This document shows positions 53,454 through 64,000 of a stretch of DNA of 64,000 bases, one piece after another. Source of the stretch: Marsupella aquatica (taxonomy: Eukaryota > Plantae > Marchantiophyta). Position 1 is the stretch's first letter, and each line of letters begins with the position of its first letter. The stretch is taken from positions 12,427,659 to 12,491,658 of the forward strand of contig OZ316898.1 of the NCBI GenBank assembly GCA_973895155.1, given 5' to 3'. The position numbers and the translations under genes are program-made. The notes under the pieces were generated by a model. It searched no databases. It was not told the origin of the DNA and saw only the letters and a list, made by a program, of their open reading frames with translations.

Positions 53454-54557
53454 TCAGACAGAGAGACACCTCCGTTCGTCGAGGACGCTCATTGCAACAA
53501 AATGCAACAACAGCGCATGCAAGCCAGCCATCTCGGTGAGTGAGGAGAATGAAATCATGAAAATCTTAGAGAATCTCCAGACCCTTTGCCAAACAGCAAA
53601 AAAATTCGTCGAAAGCATTTCAGAAAAACTGAGCTTCTTCTTCTTCAGTATAAGTTCACCACACATATACAGATGACGAAGATTGCAGGATTAAGGACAA
53701 CACTGCCATTAGTGTACAAAGGCAAGCTGAGCTTCAGCTTCGTCTTCAGCAAGTTCAGCCAAAGATCAAAGAGAGAACGAACATTCAAAAATGAAGAGAG
53801 CGATTTCAGGATTCCGGACAACACTGCCTTTAGTGCAATTCCAAGGAGAAGAACGAGTAATTCCTTTCCAGAATTCGTCTCAAAGGACGATAGGAGAGCA
53901 CACAAGTTACTTGGAGTGGAACGCAGACACGATTTGAACAATATTCATTGTTGAGCCAATTGTTCTCAATTGTGGGTCTCAATTGTGCGTTGAGCAGCAG
54001 TGGTAGTAGTTGGTCTCTTACTCACAGAAGAAGCAGACGAGAGCAAGGGCGATCGCAGCACGATTCGCAAGGAGCAACCCATGAGATGATGCATAGTCAT
54101 GATGCCCTGATGAAGAAGCCGGCCGAGCTCTTCCGGATGGACAGATTCTCAGCGCGATTGCACTCTCCCATGCACCAAAAGCCCTCAACGCTGCTCACCT
54201 TTCGACAGTAAGCTCCTCACATTCCGATCCGGCCTCCTTTCATTAAATTATGCAAAGACAAATCGACGCAACTCGCCAATTCGCTTGACATTTAGTCTGC
54301 AGAGTCTAAACATTCTTGCCACAGAGTGCGAGACATTATTTCTCAAATGCTAACTTTGGTTTCCATGGAGTACGTTTCTCCTTCAATAGAACCCTTCTTC
54401 AACCCGAAATGAAGTAAGTACTGGGGGCTTAAAGGAAGTCATTTTTGTGCAGGCTCTTTCTTCATCTTACCATGAAAGCTCCAAATGAAGCCTACTCTTA
54501 AGGGCCAATAATCTACAGTGAATACTCTAGACCATAACTCCCAATAATTTTGATATT

Positions 54558-54698
54558 TTTTATTTTATTTTATTTTAAGGAGAAACCTGTGAAACCCCAC
54601 AGAATAGGTTTCACAGAATAGTCAGTCACAACACTCGAACCCAAGCCCTATCAGTTTTCACTCAGATGAGCTACCACTGAGCCATGCCTCTCTGGGCA
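54558..54698 (-). mobile_element. Complete tRNA-derived SINE (~140 bp) with A-rich tail and 17-bp TSD
   Basis: Minus strand has an A box (TGGCTCAGTGG), a B box (GGTTCGAGT) and an (AAAAT)n tail. CCAATAATTTTGATATT flanks both sides (54541-54557 and 54699-54715). Confidence 0.88.
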
Positions 54699-56084
54699 CC
54701 AATAATTTTGATATTGAAGTTGAATAAGGTCAAAAAAATTAATGAGAATGGACAAAAGTGACATGTACTCTAAATAAAGATAAAACTAAAATGAGGATGG
54801 ACCAAAAACCAGGATGGGGCAAAGATTAACCAAAATAGCATATAACTTTTGTTGTGCAGGATTTTTCTTCTTATGTTTATGTTCCTTGAAGGGGTCATGA
54901 TGCTAGTCAACGAAAAAGAGCCAGGCACCTATACGCCAAGAAGTTATGGGTGAGGATTATGTTGTTATGGTACGAAGCAGAGTGCTTCAAGCTGACATGT
55001 TGTCGACAGAACCTACAGTGTTTGTTAGTCACCTGCACAAAGACTAATACCTACTGTTTGCTTTTCAGTTTTGAAAGAAAAAAACATATGTTAGTGCATA
55101 GACTGAAATGTGACCTACAAAGTGTCTCCTGTTGCTTGCAGCCTGTTTCATAAGCCTGGATGGACTGTCTAAGAGATAGGCTTTGACAGAAAGTCCAAAC
55201 AAGATTCAGATAGCATCTCTTAAATGTGACCTACAAAATTGTCTTGATTGATTGCAGCCTGTTTCAATTAGTTACCAATTGGTAAGTTAGGTGCTCTATC
55301 ATGCTCAAACTACTCACTCAGGGTGTCCTTCACAAAAGTAGTCCTTAGTTTTTAGTTGATGTATAGTATCTGACTTCAAATGATTTTAGAAACTTCTCAA
55401 ACTTTTGCAGGTAATAGATTGGACATCTGAGAACATGCTTATAAAATTTAAGCTTGAACATAGATCCAAACGTTGTCAAAATAAATGGGGGAAATTTTCA
55501 CAAAAGGGAACTGTCCTTCCCAAAAGCAGCCAACCCCAATTTAAGGAATACTGAAGTATTAGATTAATTCCAATTTTATCTAAATAATATTAATTAATGA
55601 ATGATCAACCTCTTTAACATTTGGTGGGATAGTCAAAAACTTCAAATATTTTGTTACAAGATCTTTATAACAATGCATCACTAAATGACATCAAATACCT
55701 CTTGATCCATGCACAAATCCTTAATTAAACTGTCATTCATTGTTTCAATTGTCTATTTAATTATTATAGGGTTGAATACAAAAAAGATTGACACGCACCA
55801 GGGTGCGTGACCTACAATCATAGTAAGTACCACCCTTTAATTAGTTAGTTTCTTTACAACAATTAATAGGATTGTTGTATATTACAATGTCTACTGGACA
55901 TTCATTTGAATATCAATAATATCATGCCTTAATATCACCAAACTAAGGCCCCACTAACTAATATTATATCTTAAATAAACTAACCAACTTAGACAATAAG
56001 ACTTGTCTAAACTTGAGTTCTCTGGCTACTACTATTCTGAGTTGCCTTTTAAACTGTATGCTAAACTACATGCTTCATTACTAT

Positions 56085-59000
56085 CTAGGATTTGTCACTT
56101 GCTATGCATGTCAAGAGATAGTCTCTTGCCTTGGCAGGAACATTCTTTGGAATTCCTACCAGCCCTGTCACTGGTCCTTTGCGTGCTTTGAAATACCACA
56201 AGGCAGAGGAAACATCTATTGTCTCAACTTCCTTGTATATTGGAGCTGGATCACGTTCCCATTTCTTATCCCAAGAATCTGCCCACCGCTCTCTTGGCTG
56301 CCAGTCTGATTGACCACGTTGCTTCTTTGCCATAAATGGTCTAAACCACTCAACGCCACATACATGAGTAAGAAGGTTTTGTTCATTCACTGGTCCTTCT
56401 ACCACATCTGTAACAACTAACCCCATATGGACGGGATAAACATCCAGGTCTGAGTCGTCCGGCTGTACCAACACATAACAGCCCTTCACAACATCAACCC
56501 TAGGGTTAAAACTCTCAGGAGGTTTATCTTTTGCTGGTCCCACATAATCCACTGTTGCCTCCAACTCACATGCCACATTTTGATATTCTGGTGGAACGTG
56601 CTCTCTCCATATTGATAAAGGCCAAAACCCGTATTCCAAGTTGTGTGCACCTTCAGGTTCATATTGCACCTGCTCACCCTGTAGAGTATCTACAATATCA
56701 TTCCAATAATTGATGAGAGTTGTCCAACGTCGCTTTGGTTCTTCCTCTTTTGTTCGCTTTAGAATAAACTCAAAGAATGACACATGCTTCTTCAACCCTG
56801 TCAGCACTTCAGGAAGCATTTTCAACTCCATCATTGGTAGCCGTTTGGGCACCCCAATTGGGATGTGAGGACTTTTGTCATCTTTCCATGACCACATTTC
56901 AATACCTTCCTTGGGTAACCATCCCTGATCAGTTGATTTCATTTTGTATTGAAAGCATGGCATACTATCATGACGAACATAGAACCTAAACAACCTGGGT
57001 TTTAAATGCCCCACCAATGCCTCAGGGCCCTTCAACATGAATGGAGCTAAGTAGTTTTTGAAATCTGGGACCTCCTGTAGAGAATGTGGGACTGCATTGG
57101 GTGTCCTTGCTCTCATGAACAAGGACATTAACTCAGGCAATGAGTATGTGGGGTTATGCATCATAGACTCTGAAAAATGCCCGAACATACCGTCAACGTC
57201 CTCATGAGTATGCCCAACCACCATAAAACCAAGATGAACCTCTTCAAACAACTCCCTTGCCGTCAATAATGACAAATAAGCCATCATATATCTGTTCTTG
57301 TTGTCTGAGGCACAATTATCCAGTTGTAGCTTCAATACTCGTGGAAGGGGCCTGAACTTTGGTGCCTCAGGTGCTCCATCACAATGTAACAATCTCAAAA
57401 TGCTTTTAAATAAAACCCTAGTCAGACCCTAAACCCCAATTTAGGGTTTAGGGTTAAAACCCTATTAATGAAACCTTGGCTAGGAGGAGCAACAACTACA
57501 CAAAGTAGAGTGTCAGTGTGTGTGAGCTTATATTATTAAATAATAATAAATTAAAGGATTGTGAGTAAAGTACCTAGGCTTGAGATGTAGGCAATGTCAT
57601 CCTCAAATGCTCTAAGGACACTTGCCTCCAAGATATCTGCTCTCCCAAAAAGGAGGTCTTTAAAAAGACTTGTCGAGTCTGGCCCCTCCACAAGTGATTT
57701 GACCATTGGATTTGGGTTTTCCAACATCCTTAGTATTGAATCAATTGACCCAATAGTGATGTTGACATTACCTGGCCACACTCCAACATGATATTGGGCT
57801 ATGGCCTTGGGACCATGACCATGAGTAAGGATACCAGTGACAGTAATTGGGAACTTTTGGGCACCATCCACATGCTTAGGATTGAAGGGCATTCTTGGGA
57901 GAGCTGTCTTTGAATGATCCATCTTATCATGAATAAGGCATAACACTTCCTTTGGACGATGGATGGACTCATATCTCCAGGTATGATAGCACATTCTTTG
58001 TTGTGTGTGGTCTTGGTGATGTTCCTCCTCGTCACACCTTAGGCCCTCTAACTCTTCCTTAGCTCCTGTAAGGTTTGATTTCCGTTGAAGCAACTCACTA
58101 CAAGTTGTACACTTTGAAAAGTTGTTGCTCTTTTTGTGACGCGAGAACTCCCTGAAATACATCTGATGTAGATGACTCAAGATGGGTTGGGAAATTGGAG
58201 GAAGACCAGCCTCCTTGTTGACAACATTAACCCTATTTCTAATATTCTCCCAAGTCAGATTTGTTGGCAATTCCCTCAAAACCATCCTTGTATTATCTGC
58301 CATGGTTCTCAACTTGGCTGGATGATGATTAGCTGCCTCCTCAATAATCTCTTTCATTGACATGAACGCTTGAGATACTTTCTCGGACATACGCCTTTTT
58401 CCAGCATTACCATGGGTACCTATGTTCATTCCAGCCATCACAGTCTTCTTCAAGGCATAAAATTGAGTCTTTTGTCTTGAATGAATGATTCTCCATGCCT
58501 CCAAGCACAATACTTTGCCCTCCACTGCTAGAATCCTTTCTCCAGTATCCAAGTGTATTGTATTTTTAATAGCCTTGATTTCCTCCTCCTTGCACTCCGC
58601 AAAAGATTTTGACCACCACTTTTGCCTAATTGCCATAGCCAAGTTGCGGTCCAAATATTGGCAACAATGTTCACTAAAACAGTCCTTAGTGTTTATCAAC
58701 AACACATCTTGACGTGCCAAAGATGTGTCTCTTCTAGATGTATGGGAAGATGGACTCTTTCTTTTCCTACTTTTATGGACGTAGGACCGCTTGCCACTTG
58801 TTGGAGATGTGTTCCCTCCCACAGCTTGCCTGATGTTGTGGAAAGACAACAAGTTGCCATCCTTGGCAATGAGTTGGTCTATCGACCAAGCTTTTAAGCA
58901 ATCTCTATGCTTCAGATGATCTATTGTAGCTCCCTCGACAAAATCGTTGATCAGAATTCCCACATGTGTATTCCCAAGGGTGACATCCCCAAGCTTCACT

Positions 59001-59203
59001 ATAGGATCTAGAACATGTCTAGTTGCCACTGCAAAAATCAACTTGTTCTCATCCACCACCTTTACAGGCATGCCCATCCACAAGGCCTTTGGTAAAACTA
59101 CTTCCACACCAAACCGACTCTCATTATGGTTGTTCCCATCAGAATTTTGATTGACTGGATCTTGATCATCACCAACAGTGCCAAACACATCCTCCGATTC
59201 CAT
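56085..59203 (-). mobile_element. Sola-like (DUF7869-type) DNA transposase in two ORFs (59203-~57574 and ~57398-56085), ~980 aa if joined
   Basis: FSKCTTC...HH metal-binding motif, followed by LIHDKMD, LQLDNCASDNKN and GFMVVGHTHEDVDGMF, which supply a plausible acidic triad. The family assignment comes from motif recall, not from a search. Confidence 0.8.
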
Positions 59204-59519
59204 GGGAGCTCAAAAAAGTTGATTCCTTTCCCATACAAGGTAACCCCCAATCATGTCCTTCAAAAGTTTGCCATCTTCGCATAGAATGGTCTCGTAAAAA
59301 ACTTCCTCCAATAGAAGAAGAACTCTGTCCGCCCCAAGAGGAACATTGTGACAAACCCTGGAAGGATCAAGACTTATCACGCGACCTTTTCCAACCTATT
59401 TCTCACATATGCCTATAATAACTTGTCCGCCTTCCCTGATCCAGACTGTCAATGTCACCATAATAATTATGATCCTGCACATCAGAGAATATCATTGTAA
59501 GCATACAGTCCTGTCACGT

Positions 59520-60207
59520 CCGTCAACTTCACTGCACTGTCCTGTCACGTCGGTCAACAAGCAGAATGTAGTCAATGCACTGCACTGCACGCGACTGGTC
59601 GCGTGACCCTAGAGGTACCACATATACCGGCAACAGACTATGCATGGTCCGTCAGTCATTTCAAGTGAATGAGAACGACCACAATCGATTACGATCAATC
59701 ATTTCACATCCACTCAGAACAAATCAGTGGACAGTACCAGTTTACCAATGAGTGGACACTGGACAGTCAATAACTAATGAGGACTGTAATGCTAATAAGC
59801 ACCAGTAAAATGTCCATGAACTGCATTGTCCTATCACGACCATCAATAAATAAGCAAAATGTAGTCAATGCACTGCCCTGCACGCGACTAGTCGCGTGAC
59901 CTTAGTCAAAGGGTGTAGGGATAATAGGGTCTACGACATAGAAGCTAGAAGGCTAGGCCCAAACTCTAGCTCGTACTTGGTACTTCATAAGTAAGATACG
60001 ATTGCGCGTGAGACAGGAAGATACAGTTACGGATCTGAAGGCACCACACATACCGGTAACAGATTATGCATGGTCTGTCAGTCATTTCAAGTGAATGAGA
60101 ACGACTACAATCGATTACGAACAATCATTTCAACTCCACTCAGAAAAAATGAGTGGACAGTACCAGTTTACCAATGGGTGGACACCGGACAGTCAGTAAC
60201 TACTGAC
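59520..60207. repeat. Imperfect direct duplication (~270 bp) upstream of the transposase; the second copy carries ~130 extra bp
   Basis: 59520-59608 resembles 59812-59901, and 59612-59780 resembles 60037-60207. The segment 59902-60036 occurs only in the second copy. Confidence 0.88.
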
Positions 60208-60521
60208 CCTCATAAGAAATCTCAGTACTTCACTAGCAATCAGTATTCTCGGGGCGGTCGCCAAACGTGAAATTAAAGCCATAATTAGAGGAAACCTGAA
60301 CTTCCCGCCAATTCTAATACGCGCCAGTCAAACGCGCACTCTCTTCTAGAAACCACTATGTACAATGACTAGTGGAGACTAAACAGTATAAAGCATTGAG
60401 ATGATCCCTACTGCTCATTCCCCCACGCATTCCACTTTCTAGCTACTGGATAATCTATTCGCACATTAGCTCTCTCATTTCCAATTCTTAGTCTCGGTCC
60501 GCATCTCTTGTTTGAAGGGCG

Positions 60522-61054
60522 ATGACTACTCCGCTGAGCTCGAAGAATGAGGATGTTCCGACAGACGATTCAGAAGGTTTGACGTATCGAATTCGTGGTA
60601 CTCCTTACAGAATGTGTCAACGATGTAATATAATGTTTACGGTGACTAAATTGGGTCAAATGTTTTGTGAGAGATGACATTGTTCGCCACATTTGTCGAT
60701 GGAAGATCACATGGAGAGCAATCCGATAGAGATGACTACAAAGATGGCATCAGGGGAGAAGTTAAAGGGCAAAGCCCTCGTGGAATCCGTTTCGGGGGGG
60801 AGAAGTTGAAGGCCAAAGCATGCATCGAATCCATTTCGGGGGAAGCAGCAGCAGACGCTAAGAGAGTCAAGAAGGAGGCCAAGAAAGTGGATGCACCGAA
60901 GAAAAGGCAATTAGAGATGAACGAAGATTCTGATTTGTATTACAGAAAGAGCAAGCCGAGAAAATCTATGGACGTTAGGACTTGGGCAAAGGAAGAATTC
61001 TTGGATTCAAGGGAATCCACACCAGACACCGATGAGTGGATGCCTTCATCTTGA
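60522..61054 (+). pseudogene. Disabled small Cys-rich/charged ORF divergent from the transposase
   Basis: MTTPLSSK...MCQRC...FCER*HC with TGA at 60675-60677, then a frameshift in the G7 run (60794-60800). Correcting the frameshift restores the internal peptide repeat SGEKLKGKALVESV-SGEKLKAKACIESI-SGE. Confidence 0.5.
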
Positions 61055-61287
61055 AATGACTGACTCGATCGAAGTCAACAATATTTTGAGTAGTCAAAGA
61101 TTAAAACTACAGATTCAAGAGTAGTTCAAGTTAGAACTTGTTATAGATACTGTGTAGCTTAATTTTGTCCCGTGGAAAATAGTGTTCGAAAGACCAGGTC
61201 AGTTAAATTCCTGGATAGTGCTAGTGGATATGGATTCCACATCCGAAGTCCTTCGGGATCGATGTAACCATCATCCACAAGATTCCT

Positions 61288-64000
61288 CTGACCTCTAAAA
61301 CATTTTTGCGACCGATCGCGTGATGAAACGAAGACGTTGGTTTTAAAATAGATTTCTGGCCAATTCACTAGGCTGTCGACTACAATAAACAATATAAAAA
61401 AGACCTGAGATAAATTGGTTCACGCGACTGTGCGCGTGATGAACTACATGTGTAACCAAAAAAACAAGTCATCCTACTAACAAGTTGAGATCAGGCAGAT
61501 ATGAGAAATAAAGGGCGATTACGTCTAAGAGTGCAGAGCTTTTGCTGACCTCTAAAACATTAACGCGACCGGGCGCGTGATGAAACGAAGACCTCGGTTC
61601 TAAAATAGATTGCTGGCCAATTTGCTAGGCTGTCGACTACAATAAACACTATCAAAAGACATGAGATAAATTGGTTCACGTGATTGTGCGCGTGACGAAC
61701 TACATGTGTAACCAAAAAAACAGGTCATCCTACTAACAAGTTGAGATCCAGCAGATCTGAGAAATAAAAGGCGATTACGTCTAAGAGTGCAAAGCTTTTG
61801 CTGACCTCTAAAACATTAACGCGATCGGGCGCGTGATGAAATGAAGACCTCGGTTTTAAAATAGATTGTTGGCCAATTCGCTAGGCTGTCGACTACAATA
61901 AACAATATCAAAAGACACGAGATAAATTGGTTCACGCGACTGTGTGCGTGACGAACTACATGTGTAACCAAAAAAAAGGTCATCCTACTAACAAGTTGAG
62001 ATCAGGCAGATCTGAGAAATAAAGGGCAATTATGTCTAAGAGTGCAGAGTTTTCGCTGACCTCTAAAATATTAACGCGACCGGGCGTGTGATGAAACAAA
62101 GACCTCAATTTTAAAATAGATTGCTGGCCAATTCGCTAGGCTGTCGACTACAATAAACAATATCAAAAGACACGAGATAAATTGGTTCACGCGATTGTGT
62201 GCGTGACAAACTACATGTGTAACCAAAAAAATAGGTCATCCTACTAACAAGTTGAGATCAGGAAGATCTGAGAAATAAAGGGCGATTACGTCTAAGAGTG
62301 CAAAGCTTTCGCTGACCTCTAAAACATTAACGCGACCGTGCGCGTGATGAAATGAAGACCTCGGTTTTAAAATAGATTGCTGGCCAATTCGCTAGGCTGT
62401 CGACTACAATAAACAATATCAAAAGACACGAGATAAATTGGTTCATGCGACTGTGTGCGTGACGAACTACATGTGTAACCAAAAAAAAGGTCATCCTACT
62501 AACAAGTTGAGATCAGGCAGATCTGAGAAATAAAGGGCAATTATGTCTAAGAGTGCAGAGTTTTCGCTGACCTCTAAAATATTAACGCGACCGGGCGTGT
62601 GATGAAACAAAGACCTCAATTTTAAAATAGATTGCTGGCCAATTCGCTAGGCTCTCGACTACAATAAACAATATCAAAAGACACGAGATAAATTGGTTCA
62701 CGCGATTGTGTGCGTGACAAACTACATGTGTAACCAAAAAAATAGGTCATCCTACTAACAAGTTGAGATCAGGAAGATCTGAGAAATAAAGGGCGATTAC
62801 GTCTAAGAGTGCAAAGCTTTCGCTGACCTCTAAAACATTAACGCGACCGTGCGCGTGATGAAATGAAGACCTCGGTTTTAAAATAGATTGCTGGCCAATT
62901 CGCTAGGCTGTCGACTACAATAAACAATATCAAAAGACACGAGATAAATTGGTTCATGCGACTGTGTGCGTGACGAACTACATGTGTAACCAAAAAAAAG
63001 GTCATCCTACTAACAAGTTGAGATCAGGCAGATCTGAGAAATAAAGGGCAATTATGTCTAAGAGTGTAGAGTTTTCACTGACCTCTAAAATATTAACGCG
63101 ACCGAGCGTGTGATGAAACAAAGACCTCAATTTTAAAATAGATTGCTGGCCAATTCGCTAGGCTCTCGACTACAATAAACAATATCAAAAGACACGAGAT
63201 AAATTGGTTCACGCGATTGTGTGCGTGACAAACTACATGTGTAACCAAAAAAACAGGTCATCCTACTAACAAGTTGAGATCAGGAAGATCTGAGAAATAA
63301 AGGGCGATTACATCTAAGAGTGCAAAGCTTTTGCTGACCTCTAAAACATTAACGCGACCGTGCGCGTGATGAAACGAAGACCTCAGTTTTAAAATAGATT
63401 GCTGGCCAATTCGCTAGGCTGTTGACTACAATAAACAATATCAAAAGACACGAGATAAATTGGTTCACGTGACTGTGTGCGTGACGAACTACATGTGTAA
63501 CCAAAAAAAAGGTCATCCTACTAACAAGTTGAGATCAGGCAGATCTGAGAAATAAAGGGCAATTATGTCTAAGAGTGCAGAGTTTTCGCTGACCTCTAAA
63601 ATATTAACGCGACCGGGCGGGTGATGAAACAAAGACCTCAATTTTAAAATAGATTGCTGGCCAATTCGCTAGGCTGTCAACTACAATAAACAATATCAAA
63701 AGACACGAGATAAATTGGTTCACGCGACTGTGCGCGTGACGAACTACATGTGTAACCAAAAAAAAAGGTCATCCTACTAACAAGTTGAGATCAGGAAGAT
63801 CTGAGAAATAAAGGGCGATTACGTCTAAGAGTGTAGGGCTTTCGTTGACCTCTAAAACATTAATGCGACCGGGCGCGTGATGAACCAAAGATCTCAGTTT
63901 TAAAATAGATTGCTGGCCAATTTACTAGGCTGTCGACTACAATAAACAATATCAAAAGACATGAGATAAATTGGTTCACGCGACTGTTCACGTGACGAAC
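61288..64000. repeat. Satellite array with a 255/256-bp monomer, at least 10.6 copies, running off the window end; 511-bp dimeric higher-order repeat
   Basis: The anchor (C/T)TGACCTCTAAA lies at 61288, 61545, 61801, 62056, 62312, 62567, 62823, 63078, 63334, 63589 and 63845. Confidence 0.97.

Noticed and set aside
54860-55790. Left terminus/TIR of the Sola-like element
   Set aside because: No partner end lies inside the window, so a TIR or TSD cannot be established.
59588-59612. Helitron 3' end (palindrome followed by CTAG)
   Set aside because: The hairpin-to-CTAG spacing is too short, the next base is not T, and other copies of the palindrome lack CTAG.
61288-64000. CRISPR-like array
   Set aside because: Whole units are near-identical with no unique spacers, there are no cas genes, and the context is eukaryotic. 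It is a satellite.

Overview
Eukaryotic nuclear DNA from a land plant, most likely a bryophyte (liverwort-like); the taxon is inferred, not shown. Six host genes can be modelled: AUX1/LAX auxin influx carrier (+, 8 exons), a RAF1-like Rubisco chaperone that appears to stop after its alpha domain (-, 4 exons), a CHX cation/H+ antiporter (-, 8 exons, with a tandem copy of its 3' end), an intronless uridine kinase/UPRT-like gene (-), an aldose/glucose-6-phosphate 1-epimerase-family gene (-, 9 exons) and an ECHS1-type enoyl-CoA hydratase (-, with a GC-AG intron and an unresolved start). Intergenic DNA holds two related solo LTRs, a non-autonomous Helitron with minisatellites and two 3' ends, a tRNA-derived SINE family, a foldback MITE and a plastid insertion (rrn5 3' end plus trnR-ACG). 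The last ~9 kb is the most unusual part. It has a Sola-like (DUF7869-type) transposase gene split by a telomere-repeat hairpin, a divergent disabled Cys-rich ORF, and a 255/256-bp satellite with a 511-bp dimeric higher-order repeat. An 18-bp palindrome (CACGCG-N6-CGCGTG) recurs on both sides of the transposase and twice per satellite unit, suggesting one large element. All exon coordinates were read by eye and no database searches were run.
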